A stretch of DNA of 64,000 nucleotides. It comes from Octopus vulgaris (Eukaryota). Numbering within the stretch: the first letter of the stretch is position 1; the number at the start of each line of letters is the position of its first letter. The position numbers and the translations under genes were made by a program. Of this stretch, positions 42,471-55,879 are shown piece by piece. The notes under the pieces were generated by a model. That model had not been told where the DNA came from. It saw nothing but the letters and a program-made list of their open reading frames with translations, and did not search any database. Where the stretch lies: assembly GCA_951406725.2 (NCBI GenBank), contig OX597818.1, positions 24,242,001-24,306,000 of the forward strand. The letters are read 5' to 3'.

Positions 42471-44174
42471 AAATTTTGTTTGTTACACCAGTGTAGTTTA
42501 TTTTTGTCAAGAAGTGTAAGTGATATATTAAAAAAAATTTTTTTATGTAAGTGGAACAAGTGATGAGAGAGTATGACCCTTGAAATGATTAATCAATTAA
42601 ATTAGCTTTTGCATTGATGCATCCACTTCTCTCAAATTTTCAATCAACTGTCTCTTGCAATTATTCTTTCCAAAGATTTTAAAAAGCATTGTTTTAGCAA
42701 TTGTGTCATTATTCACAATAGATTGCATAAACTTTCTTGTTTCTTGGTTTCTGCTTGGTTGCTTTAAGGTATGTCTACCCTTATTTTTGCCTTTATATTT
42801 CTTGTAGCTTCTTGGATTTTTGTGTCTCATTATTTTTTATCATTTGTCACATAATCTGTTTCTTCTCTCATATTAACTTTACATCTTATTTGTTCTCTAA
42901 GGCATTTTATTCACTCCATCTTATTTAACATTATATCCTATACAGCCTGTGTTGATGAGAATTCCCTCAAAAGGGAATATTGTACAGGAATTATTACATT
43001 ACAAAATTGACAACTGCTTAATGAACACATATCATTTAAATCATTCATTTCTTTTTAAAAAAGAAACATACGCTTCTTTTCTTTGTTTCTCTGCCTGCAT
43101 TTATCTGGTTTTGTATAAATGATATCCCATAGTAGTTTTTACGGAATTAATATCAACAAAAAATAAGAAAGAGATAGAAAGGTAGAGAAAAAGACAGCAT
43201 TCATAATCTTTATATCAACTATCAGTGATTGTAGAAATAGAGAAAAGGCACTGGAACTATAGTTTTACAGCAGAAAATATAGCACATGATATTAACTGAA
43301 ATGTTCAGAAACTATTGGTATTAGCAAGAATATTTAATAAGATATGGTCTACTTTGGTACATATAATGTTAACTTTCACCATGCTAATTTATCTGCTTCA
43401 TTAATCAGTATCAGTTATCACGATAATCATTGCTAGCATTATTTCAACATTTGTTTTTGATTTTTTCTCTTCCTTTGTGTCATGAGTTAGATGCTTCTTT
43501 CCAAACATCTCAAAGAAATCCAATTTTCTCACATTTTATTCATTTCATATTTTCTTTGGCTGACTTAAACTGTGAATACTTACCGTTAGAAGTACTTTTT
43601 TACTCAGCATGTGATATCCATTTACATTTTTTTTATATAACTTTGTTTAAAGCAATAGCTAATATGAGCAAATACACAAGTTCAACCTATACCAACATGA
43701 ATTAATAGAATGAGAAGATGTATGTTTATTTTAAACTGTTTTCCAGTTAATCTTTAGAAGTCTTTATGCCTAAAAATTTTGATGTGTGTTTTCTTAATGT
43801 TTATTAACAGTTTACATAACAAAGTGTGGATATGGAAATTTAAACACTTGAAACAAGATTCTGACTAGTAGGCAACAAATCTAAATATTTTATGCAACTG
43901 TAATTTAAATATTCATCAAATCTAAGTAATTCTTGTACACTTCCGTTTGGTTAATTATATGCATTGAAAATTACAATGATTTTATTCATAAAAGATAAAG
44001 AAGTTACAGGTGTGGTTGTGTGATAAGAAGCTTGCTTCACAATTACATGGTTCTGGTTTCAGTCCCACTGCACAACACCTTGAGAAAATATCTTCTACTA
44101 CAGCCTTAAGCTGACCAAAGTTTTGTGAGTGGACTTGGCAGACAGAAACAGAAAGAAGCCTGTTGCATATATAT

Positions 44175-44216
<42 letters not shown>

Positions 44217-44822
44217 ATAAAAAAAGTGGAGAAAAAAGGCAAGAAAAACAACACAAAAAAATAATTAACCGATGTTGGTCAATTTGTTTGTTGGTCAAAC
44301 GCTTTCTCCATTTTCTGCTTATTTAAATTTGATTCCTGATAAACTTTTGTTTATTGTGTTATTACCTGTATCCTATGAGTATAATGTCCTTGCATACCCA
44401 TGCCCAGGGTTAACATAGGTAAATTATACTGGTAGTAAGAATAGATATTCTTATCCCTTAGATGCTTATTCCAATTGCTAACTCTGCTTACCATATACAC
44501 ACATATATATCATGTTTAACGTTTATTTTCCATGCTGGCATGGGTTGGATGGTTCGAATGGGATCTGGGAAGCCAGGAGGCTGCACCAGGCTCCAATCTG
44601 ATCTGGCAGTGTTTCTACAGCTGGATGCCCTTCCTAACACCAATCACTCTGAGAGTGTAGTGGGTGCTTTTTACGTACCACTGGTACAAGAAGCCACAGG
44701 AGCTGGCATTGACCACGATCTGATGGTGCTTTTTACAAGCCACCGGCATGGAAACCAGTCAAGGCGGCACTGGCATCAGCTATGTATGGATGGTGCTTTT
44801 TACGTGCTACTGGCACGGGGCT

Positions 44823-44862
<40 letters not shown>

Positions 44863-47644
44863 CCTGTGAATGTGTGTGTGCATTTTATTTCAGAGATTTA
44901 TATTACATATAATAAAGCACGTATGTTTGAAGCAGGATAGAAACCAATATTCCAAGTTTTAATACATTTCTGTATGTTATTGTAATTATTAAAATAATTC
45001 AGAATAATTCTGAATAAAACTTTGAGAGATGTCAGGCTGATGACTTACTGGCAAACTTTTATATTAAAATCTTATAAGGTAAATCTTTCCAATCTTTCTA
45101 GAAGCAATAAGTAAATATTAAAATATGTAATCTGGGATGAGAGTTGTTTCAAGCAATCTTTAACGTGTCAGTCACACTACTTACAGATCACTCATTCATC
45201 ATTGTATAATATCACTGTCAATTATACTGTTTCTTTAAAAAATTATTTTCCATTAAGTGTGGTGTTTCTTGTTCAATAATGGTATACAACCAAAAAAAAA
45301 AAAAAAGACATTAGTAGGGATATAGCAATGTATGTTATTAGTGGGTTTAAAAACAATCCTGTAAAAATCAGCAGTAGGTTAATGAACATTTTGTATCTGT
45401 ATACTATGCTCGGGGAGAAAATAACATGAAGGAAAAGGGTTATTTTGTTTTAATGTGAGCATCATCTTCATTGTTTTAATATCTACTTTTCTGTGATTGC
45501 ATGAATCAGATAGAATTCATCGAGCCAGGTTTTCTATAGCTGGGTTCCATTCCTATCACCAAACCTTAAATGCTTCTAAGAAAGGTAACTTTTTCCCATG
45601 GATACAGGTTAACACAGAAGTTTGGAAATGAATTACATTGCTTGCATGACAGTGACTCTTACTTAGAGGCATCATGTAGTGTTAAGACAAGGAGACAAAA
45701 ACACACCCCACTCACAAGGCTTTGGTTGGCCTGAAGCTATAATAGAAGGTACTTGTCCAGGGTGCCATGCAGTGGGGCTGAAACCAGAACCATGTAACTG
45801 GGAAGTAAACTTCTTAACTACACAGCCAAGCATGATCAAGTTGATAAACAATCAAAATAAATGTTGCTTGTGTTCAAACTGATTCAATTATTTCAAATCC
45901 CTGAATGAAAAAACTAAAAGTGGATTATGAATACATCAGTTTTGGTTTCACTATGTGAAAACAAGTTGGGACAGAAAGACTCCAATAATGCACAGTTCAC
46001 AATTTGGTATTGAACAGTGGATATTGCAACAGAAATTAGATGATTGCTGATGCAATCAGTAGTGATTACAGTTGTTTAGCCTCAAGTCATCCATGACCAA
46101 GCAGTGTTAATGATATCATCTTATTCTCAGACAATGTACATGTAGGACCACATTATACAATATGACTATCTCTTTTAAGAAGGTAGGAGGTAATATGTGA
46201 GATATTTGGCTGCTATTTCAGCAATTTGAACAACAATGCAATTTGAACAACAATGCAGAGGTTCTCTGTATTGGTTTATTCAAGTAATTGAGTAAGTTTC
46301 TGAATTTTAATAATGGATTCTGCTATGAGAACCATTTTAGTTGAAAACAAATATTATCTCAGACAAAACCTAAATAAATGATTACAAAATATATAACAAA
46401 TATTTATATACATTCATATGCCATAGAGGATGTAGCAATTAAGTTTTAGTCATCAGTAGTTGATATTGATGTTGTTCATAAGATCTGGATCAGCCTAGAT
46501 CAAATAAACCAAACAATCAAAGATTCAAGATTTCTTCTTAATGAAGACAAACAATATCTAGGATTATTTTATCCAGCATGAGATTATTCATTTCAATTTG
46601 GAAGACTATGACAAGGAAGATTTGGCTGCTATTTTAGTAAATTGAGTAACCATAAGAACACAGAGGAATCCTTGATTGTTCATAACCATCAACACTTCTG
46701 CTAAGTGGCTGATGGTGTGAAAATACTAATTCTGTGCAGAAAAATTGAAAGAAGGTACCATAAAAGATAGAAATATAAAAAATTTAGAAGTTTGAAAGGA
46801 AATGAACAAGAGATAAATCTATATTTATACCAACTTAAAAGGTAAATGCATAGCTTGTTTTTGTTGTGGGATCCAACAGTGGATTTTGAGGTTAGCTTGA
46901 GCTATATTCTGAGTAACTGGTTGGACCAAACAAACAAAAGCAATCAACCAAAAAAGCAAGCATGCTCAGACATTCACTCATAAGCATACACATACATTAT
47001 TATTATAATCACTGCTGTAAAATGTAATTTGCTGCATGTGAAGCGCAAATGGAGTCACAAGGGAAGTAGAATAAAAATAGAAGCTGTTAGCCAGAGAGAT
47101 GCCTAAGACAGATAAGAAATAAGCAAGAAGTAATAAAAATGTGAGAAAAATTGTTGAGAAATAACAAAGGTAGACAACAAAACTTAAAAAAGAAAGAAAT
47201 GAACCAAAAGAGTTAGTATTAATGAAATAAATAACAAGAAAACATGTTAAAATAGATAGAATATAAGAGGAAAGTAAATTTTGAAAATAAAGTTTTCAAC
47301 ATTATTTACTATCTTCATTCATGGTTGCAAAAACAGATTAAACACTTCATTAATATATATCTATCTATATACATATAAGAGATAATGGTGTCATTGAGAC
47401 CCAAAGGTGTCAGATAATGCTGAATAAGTGCTATAGACAGACCATAGTTAAGTTCCAGATTCATTCATGTATGCATGTATCTATATACATACACATGCAT
47501 ACACACAAATGTGCATACATTATGATCATTGTTATTAAACCATGACTACATCATATAGGGTTAAGTTTTGGATTTGGCTATGGCAGCGTGACTGAACCCA
47601 AGACCATATGGTTGAGAAGCAATCTTCTAACCACACAGCCACAC

Positions 47645-48275
47645 CTGTACTTTATCTGTCTGTCTGAGTCTATCATGAATATTGTCACATTTCCTTCCTT
47701 GAAATGGGAAGGAAGTGCCATTTTCATCGTACTTGTGGCTATGGCGAAAGAATGTGTATGGTGGATTCGTCTGAAAGGTCTAGAGACAAACACTTCCCTC
47801 TCTGGTGAATCTCTCATCAACTTCTTCAAGTATCACTTGAAGAGGAAGGTGAGAGTAGAGAGGGAAGTTTTGTCTAGTGAATGTTTCAAAAAAAGATGGG
47901 TGAATGTAGCAAGGATGGCACATGTGAATGATGGAACCACCTTGAGCATAATCCTATGAACCAGAAAAAGAAAGGAAAAAAGAGAGTCACTTACTGCAAT
48001 GTGTTTTTTTGTATAACATTATTGCCCGCGGTTACCGTGGTCTTTTCTGTAAGTTTTTCTTTCCACAGATAAACCTAATCTGTTTTCCATTTTACACTCT
48101 GACATTTCTGTGATACACAATCCCTATTGATCGGCGTCCCCCCATTTTTTTTTTTTTTCACAATCCCTTTTGATCGAAATTCAACAAACCCTTTTTTTTT
48201 CCTTCCCAAAAAGAAAAGCTCTACTTAGTATTTTGTCCCCTCTGTGTTCAGCCCTGTGTGGCCAATAAAGAAACA
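47645..48275 (+). mobile_element. Tx1/L1-like LINE 3' end (ORF2 C-terminus, 3'UTR, AATAAA) followed by a (TATC)n tail
   Basis: ORF 47588-47959 ends AMAKECVWWIR...FKYHLKRKVRVERE...FKKRW, resembling Tx1 ORF2 C-termini; aataaa at 48264. Confidence 0.6.
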
Positions 48276-48312
<37 letters not shown>

Positions 48313-50114
48313 CTCTATCTATTTTTCTACCTACCTACCTACCTACCTACCTACCTAGCAACCCTAAATGAGTAATATCATGACTATATCATACAGTTTT
48401 GGATTTGGCTATGGCACATTCTTGACATTGATGGATTTCCTTTGGGACTTCATTTAATTGAAGACAGAATGAAAACAACAGACATTTTTGTGCTAAGATA
48501 TAAAGTTACTGTGTGTGCATATATCTCTTTCACAAGCATATATATAAACAGATATACACATATTTGCATGTGTGTGTGTGAGCATGTGCATAAATGTACA
48601 TAAGCGTTTGTGTGAATACATGCATGTGTGTGTATATTCACACACACATACACACATACATCATCATCATCATTTAACGTCTGCCCTCCATGCTGGCATG
48701 GGTTGGATGGTTTGACAGGAGCCAGCCAAGCAGAAACTACACCAGGCTACTGTGTCTGTTTTGGCATGGTTTTTATGGCTGGATGCCCTTCCTAACACCA
48801 ACCACCTCACAGAGTGAATTGAGTGCGTTTGTGTGTGTGTGTGTATGTATACACACATGTACTAAGCAGGTTTACATATAAAATATTGAACTCTTATAGC
48901 AAGAAAATTAGTAGTTCCAGTTTTCTGGAGCTACAAGATTTGATGTATTTATAAATACTGTAATCCCTTGACTATCGCAGGTGTTACATTCCAAGATCAC
49001 CCCGCATTAGGCAAAAATTCGGGAAATAGAAACAGTACTGTACTGTATATATTTTTAAAATTATTTTTATAGCTTGTATATATTATTTCATCATCATTGT
49101 TTAATGTCCGCTTGTCTGCTTTCCATGCTGGCATGGGTTAGACGGTTTGACTGAGGACTGGTGAGATATAAAGCTGCACCAGGCTCCAATCTGATCTGGC
49201 AAAGTTTCTACAGCTGGATGCCCTTCCTAATGCTAACCAATCCGAGAGTATAGTGGGTGCTTTTACATGTCACCAGCACAAGGGCCAGTCAGGCAGTTCT
49301 GGCAACGACCATGCTCAAAAGGTGTTTTTTACGTGCTACCTGCATGGGAGCCAGTCTGGCGGCACTGGCAATGACCACACTTGAATGTTGTTTGTCATGA
49401 GCCAATCCGTGTAAGCAGTGTAAGCATAAACACAGACATGACATAGACACATGTACACACATGACAGCTACCTGCATAGTTTAGATATACCAAATTCTAC
49501 TCACTCAGTATTGGTTAACCTAAGGATAGAAAATACTTGCCCCAGGTACTATATATTAGGATCAAACTCAGAACCAGATACATACAAAAAGAACTTCTAA
49601 ATTACACAGTCATATTTTGTTATTTGAAAACCTGCATTTTTTAAAATTATTATTTTAGAGTCTAAGGTGGTGAGCTGGCAGAATTGTTAACATGCTGGAT
49701 GAAATGCTTAGCAGTATTTTGCCTGTCACTACATTCTGAGTTCAAATTCTGCTGAGATCGACTGCCTTTCACCCTTTCAGAGTCAATAAAATAAGTACTT
49801 GTTGAACAATGGGATCGATGTAATGAACTCGTCCTTACCTCCCCCAAGCTGCCCTCGTGGCCAAAAATTGAAATAATTATAATTTTAGAGTCTAATCAAA
49901 AAAGCTTGATTTAAAAAGACTTTATTTTTATGACACTAATAAATTCCTTTAATTTTATTGGTGTCATAAAATATTGCTGGTGTCAAGAAAAGTCATTAAT
50001 AGCATTAAAAAATTAAGTCTTTCAGTGAACTTAAGTTTACTAAAAAAGATTTAATAAAATCAGCATATCACATTGTAGGTTTCTAATAAAGGGAACGTAG
50101 ACTGTGAAGTTTAT

Positions 50115-50402
50115 AATAGTAGTCACAACAGGTGAGGACAAATGAAGAAAAGGAAAATATTTCTTTGCATGTCTACAAGAGTTACAGCTACGCAGTGGAG
50201 TGGCTAGATGTGATGGAATACTTAAAATAAATCCAAAGAATTTATATACATCTGGTACAGATGTATATAAATATCAGTTATGTTAGAAACTTCATTAAAG
50301 GCTCTCACATAATTTCAAAGAATAAAAGAAAATTACTGTAATTTTGCAACAAAAACGTAACAATCTTTGCAGGTTGATTTTAGCATCTCTCCACTTCAAT
50401 CA
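50115..50402 (+). promoter_or_regulatory. Duplicated promoter and non-coding exon 1 of paralog copy 2 (TATAAAT 50266, TSS ~50294, donor 50403)
   Basis: Clear alignment with 16280-16580, e.g. agtagtcacaa-aggtg-ggacaaatgaa, cagatgt-tataaatatcag-tatgtt-gaa-cttcattaaa and caatcagtaag. Confidence 0.75.
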
Positions 50403-50679
50403 GTAAGCTAACTTTTATTTAATATTGAATTCAACTTTGGTTGAAACAACAAAAATGTTATGGTTTTCATAAAAGCTCATCAAAAGCATTTACATTTTAT
50501 TATGTGATTTAAAAAAATATTTGATATATATATGTAATGATGTTCAAATAGCATAAAACTGAGAAAAAAATAATCCAGAAAGTTGAATAAGTAATAGTTC
50601 TAGATTGTGATTAATTTCATTTTGAATCTGTCATAATTATGATAATATCTTTTACTTTTTTCTTTTTTACTTATTAGAT

Positions 50680-51110
50680 CTGGAGGATGGAGTCCTGGCA
50701 TGTCCTTTGAGATTGATATGTTAACACATGCAGAAAAGATATGTGGGAAGAGAGTTGCAGAGAGTTGATGTTCAAGGAAGGAAGGAGTAGTGTGGGAGAT
50801 GAGAGGAGATGAGCAGGTCGGTAATGCCTGAGTAGAGATAACACTAACACATCATGCTCCAAGGAATAGAGGACATTATAGTAATAGAAGAAAAAACAAA
50901 GAGAAGAGACAGGAAACCTGTGAAGCAGAGGCTGGAATATACCTGAATGACTTTATGCTAGTTAATTAGGTGGCTCTTTTCTGGATGTGGTTTAGTCTGC
51001 AACACTATCCCAGAAGTGGGAGCAACATTCTATTGTGGGCATTACCTGAAATTCTTAGAGTCTCAATAATTGTTAGGGGCTGAAGGGGAGGTCAAGACAT
51101 TGAGATATGA
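50680..51110 (-). mobile_element. LINE 3' fragment inside the intron of paralog copy 2
   Basis: Minus strand QVMPTIECCSHFW; same type as 11230-12240. Confidence 0.5.
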
Positions 51111-51803
51111 TCCTAACTATCAATAGATAACAAAGATGTATTTGTTTAAAATATGCAGTGGAAAATCTTTTTGCAAGATAAAGTTTGGCACTGTCAAGAA
51201 TTTTATTACTTCATATTATTTTGCTTTCAATGAATCATGGCAAAGTATATTTGCATGACTTAAATAACAAAATATTATGTAATCATTTTCTAATATATTC
51301 ATTAAGCTTTCTATATACTGATCTAGCAAGAGGGGCCTCATATCAGTGAGGTGGGCCTGTGCACATTAATGCTGTTGAGAGGTAGGCTCCGAAACGGCAC
51401 GCATTCTCTCCTGATGACCCCATACACTTGCTGGCTTCTGGTATACAGAGTTCTCAACTGGTAGCACTTGCATGTGTAAGTTGTTTGCAAGACATCTAAG
51501 ACCTTGTGGTAGGTAGCTACAAGATGGTTAGGCATCTTGGAAAGACAAGAGGACTGCTTGGAAAGACGAGCAGACAATAGGAAAGACTATCGACACCAGG
51601 AAACACTGACAGAGGCTGCAGACTTACAATCCTTGCCTTTGTAATATATTGTAACAGATACAAATGAGAATGACAGCCCCATGATTGACCGAGAGGGGGG
51701 AGTCGAGAATCAATCAAGCTTGTTAAATAATACTGAATTATGTAATCTAATTTTAAATGATAGTTACTAAGATGTTTCTTTTTTTGTTTTTGCAATCTTT
51801 TAG

Positions 51804-52225
51804 ATCTTATCAAAGGAAATACAATATGAAGCAGTATTTGAGTAACTTGTTAATGATATTTGTCTTCTGTTGTATTGGAGTGATACTAACTGCAGAATCT
51901 TCAAATGAAGTAGAAAACTCATTGCAAAACAATGTATTTAAGGCCTAACCATTTGGATCCTACAGTCAACTGTCACCTTATTTATGAAAGTACAGAAGAG
52001 CAAAGAAGCAATCTGGTGGAGATAAAACGAAAGAATATTATTTCGTCTCAGATCCATTCCCTCAAATGGATATTTCTTGAAAAATAGACATTTAAGTAAC
52101 TGCTATCAATGGATAACTATATATTTCTCTTGATTCTTACAATGACACATACTTTTTAGATCTGACATTTCTATGTAAAAATAGAATTATAATTGCTCTA
52201 TAAAAATTTGTCTTATTTTTATTGT
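51804..52225 (+). pseudogene. NKY-2-like paralog copy 2, exon 2: truncated ORF 51826-51948 (40 aa, MKQYLSNLLMIFVFCCIGVILTAESSNEVENSLQNNVFKA*)
   Basis: AG acceptor at 51802-51803; signal peptide homologous to copy 1. TAA at 51946 and TGA at 51985, frameshifted EAIW (~EPNW), YFVSDP (~YVPVPEP), LRYG region deleted. The 3'UTR (acatttaagtaactgcta...cttacaatgacacatac) aligns with 24382-24530. Confidence 0.85.
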
Positions 52226-52935
52226 AAAGCTGTAAAGCTTGGATTTATTTATGTTATTTTACACTTATTTCATGCCATTTTGTGAGCAATAGGGGTCTTT
52301 GGTTACATGTTTCCAACAGGCCAATTACTGGTTCATTTCATTTAAGATATCAACGGTAACAAAGGGGTGTGTGTGCAATATGAAGGGAAAAAATATTACC
52401 GGTTTTCATTTAAAAGAATCAGCTTTTAGTTTTCCTTGCCAACATTCACAATATTTGCTGATATACATCAGTATAATGCACATATGGACAGGGACACACA
52501 CATACACTACAGATTTCCATACAGTTTTCATGCATCAATGTTACTGACAAATGTTATATAAATAATTTAAAATCAACCCTTTAGCATTCAGATTACTCTG
52601 TCAAATGTAATGCTTATTTATTCACATTGTTATGAATTAATCAGGTATTATCTCATAGCTTTGAGATTTTGATGATACGATTGTTGATTTTTTAGAATGA
52701 CATTGTAAGGTAGGTGTGAGAGGCTGGATGAGGCTGGCTTGAACATAAAACAAGTAGAATATTTGGATTAGGTGTGGTTGTTTAACTGCTAAAAGGGTTT
52801 GTAAATATACTTAATAAAGCATGAGAAAAAGATCACAACAAAAACAATAGAAGAAAAATTAAAACAAGAAGTATAAAATTTGATTTGCTGTCCCAAAATG
52901 AAATGTGAAGTATACTCTTTCTCTCTTTCTATTAG

Positions 52936-52967
<32 letters not shown>

Positions 52968-52993
52968 CGTGTGTATATGCATACATATATATG

Positions 52994-53033
<40 letters not shown>

Positions 53034-53224
53034 TATATGTAAATAATAAATTAAATAGAGAGATTCAATTGACAATCCAATAATTTATTTATATTTCCTT
53101 AGTTTGTTACTTTATGCACATATATGTATATGTGTGTGTGTATGTATATGTGTGTATATATATATATATACATATATATGTATATATATGTATATATATA
53201 TGTGTGTATATATGTGTGTGCATG

Positions 53225-53275
<51 letters not shown>

Positions 53276-53280
<5 letters not shown>

Positions 53281-53977
53281 GGCTGGACAAAATAATGGAA
53301 ATACCTTAAGATTTCAAACAAATTAATTTTAATATGGGGTAGGACTGCCTTTGGCAGTAATTAAAACTTGAATTCTATGAGGTACAGACTTGTACAAAGG
53401 TTGAATTGTTTCCAAGGAATTTTTGTCCATTCTTCAGCTAAAGCAGTCTCCAGTTCTTGTAGTGATGATGGTGGAGGATATCGACTCCTTACCTGCTTTT
53501 TGCACCATAATTGTTCAATAATATCGAGATCTGTGGACTGTGGTGGCCAGATTAGATATTCAACTTCACAAGAATGTTTCTCGTGCCATTCAGTAACAAA
53601 TTTAGCTGAGTGAATTGGTGTATTATCATCCTGAAAGATTGCATTTTCCTCCGGAAACAGTTCCGCAACCATAGGATAAATTTGATCAGATAGAATGCTT
53701 AAATAGTCTTCACTATTAATTCTGCCATGAAGGGAAACCATTGCCTCCCCCACCCCTGATCATCACAGATTCTCCTCTATGTTTAACAGTTGGAAGAAGG
53801 CAGTCTGGGCCAAATGCTTCTTTTAGCTGTCTCAGCCGATGGTCGGAAATAAGGTAAATGATGACTCATCTGAGAAAATAACATTCTTCCACTGCTCTAG
53901 GGACCAATTCTATAGGTTTTTACTCCACTCTAAATGCTTTGCAACATTTGTTTTTTAAAATAGCGATTTTCTGATTG
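53276..53977 (-). mobile_element. Tc1-like transposon 3' remnant (DD34E transposase fragment, ORF 53361-53753)
   Basis: WKNVIFSDESSF, IFQDDNTPIH and WPPQSTDLDIIEQLW motifs; terminal caggggctggacaaaataatggaaatacc. Confidence 0.9.
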
Positions 53978-54275
53978 CATACTATGCAAGCAGGAGAACC
54001 CAGTCATAGCTGTCAGACAATTTCTGTGGCCACATCACCCCTAACATCTGGCCACAGAAATTGTCTGACAGCCATGACTAGGTTCTCCTGCTTGCATGGT
54101 ATGGTGCAGAGTCCTGTTACTAAACATAGGGTCTTCCAGCAGCCACCCTTTTGACCCAGAGCAGCACTGCCTCCTCTAAGCACTTAATGTAGCCTCTGTG
54201 TTAAGTCTGAGACCATGTGGGAAGATGAATGGAAGTATAACATTGCCATCACTAGTGGTCATTCCAAACACAATG
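53978..54275 (-). mobile_element. Fragment of a second Tc1/mariner-superfamily (DD37D/maT-like) transposase with fold-back
   Basis: Minus strand ..SDGNVILPFIFPHGLRLNTEA..RPYV*QQDSAPYHASRRT..WLSDNF; plus strand DNFCGHITPNIWP. Confidence 0.7.
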
Positions 54276-55066
54276 TGTGTGTATGTGAGAGAAGGGAGAG
54301 AGAGAGAATGTAAACAACCAGTTTAGCACTGGCAATTTGGCATGGCAGTTTTCATGCTAAGCCCTTATGGCTTCAAAGATTTTGATGGTAGGATATCTAT
54401 TGTTGATCAGTTGAGTCTAGGAATTTAGCAAAAAAAAAAAAAAAAAAAAAAAAGAAGAAGAAGAGAAAATCTAGAAAAGTAGTTTTCCAATGAGTCCAGT
54501 CTCTGTTTGTGTCTGATAAGATGCTGTCAAACTCATATGGCTAGAAAAAGGGTTTCCCATAGTTGCTGCCATTTTCCAAGTTTGAGTGAAATAGATTGTT
54601 CTAACAAGAAACAGTAGTTAATGAATTAATAATTTTATTTGTTTAAAATACTGAAATTCAGTATGACAAGAAAAGAATATGTTCCCATATTTATTATAAA
54701 TGGCTGTGTACATGGTTATGTAGCAGTTTTCAACAAAGGCATCCCATAATATATCTGGATCAGAATAACAACTACCACTGTCTATAGTTATATTGTACAC
54801 ATAGCCACTATTATATAGTCAGTGAATAAGTATTGTTCATTTTAACATATTTCTGTTGTGCATGATGGTGGTGATTGTCAAAAGATAAATTGTAAGCATA
54901 TTTGAACTTATCATAGTATGAAAACTGAAAGAACAATGATCAAACAACTCTTTGATCAGCTACTTTTGTCTAATAGATCTATTTCATCAAGCTGACTGGC
55001 AGTATTTTTTAATTCAGTTAATTAGAATAATAATAAGATGAAATTCACTAAAGTAAAATATGTAAA

Positions 55067-55299
55067 TTAACCCTTTCGTTACCAACCCGGCTGAAACCGG
55101 CTCTGGCTCTTTAGTTTAAATGTCTTGTTTACATAAGTTTTGAATTCAAATCTTCCACTAAACAAACCTTAGTCACAATTTATGTTCCTAACACTAGCTT
55201 AATGATAACGAAGATACTATACTAAATTCTTTGTTATATTTAAAATAATTCGAAGAAACACAGAACATCTCAAAATAAATACAATAATTAAAGGGTTAA
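55067..55299. mobile_element. piggyBac-type MITE with perfect TTAA TSDs
   Basis: TTAA-CCCTTT...AAAGGG-TTAA. The empty site is visible in the paralogous segments near 10380 and 25870. Confidence 0.85.
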
Positions 55300-55879
55300 A
55301 CAAGTCATGCTGCACTTTCTTGAATCTCTCGACCAAAACTGGATGGCCCTTGTATTCCCAAGATAAGATGTCTATGAGTTAAGTGGAATATAATAATATC
55401 GGTCTCTCTATTGTTGCTAGTGTAAGAGAGTCTTGCTATCAATTTCACTATTGCTTAGACATAACACTTATCAACAATTTTCTAATCACAGCTCCAATAT
55501 AACACTAATTCCTTTAACACTCAGCATCTTTCTAAAGTTTCAATAACACTAAAAGATATTTTTTAACTCTTCTACTATATTTGACTTTGAACATTAGCTA
55601 AATATTATATAATTTTAAGGAATATCATTAGTTCTGCAATAATAATAAGCACCAACTTTATACTGGAGTCAATTTCATCAACTGCCTCTCACAAATTTTT
55701 GACCTTGTGTCATAAATATGACTCTTTTACTCTTTAACTTGTTTTAGTCATTTGACTGTGGCCATGCTGGAGCACCGCCTTTAGTCAAGCAAATTGACCC
55801 TAGGACTTATTCTTTGTAAGCCTAGTACTTATACTCTCAGTCTTTTTGCCAAAACGCTAAGTTACTTAACCCTCTTAAT

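Noticed and set aside
51757-51825. N-terminal extension of the 51757-51948 ORF
   Set aside because: It mostly lies in the intron polypyrimidine tract before the AG at 51802-51803; the homologous start is ATG 51826.
51946-51987. A-to-I RNA editing rescuing the TAA/TGA stops of paralog copy 2 (cephalopods recode heavily)
   Set aside because: Read-through would still lack the KR-WIWMP peptide (frameshifted) and the LRYG terminus (deleted).
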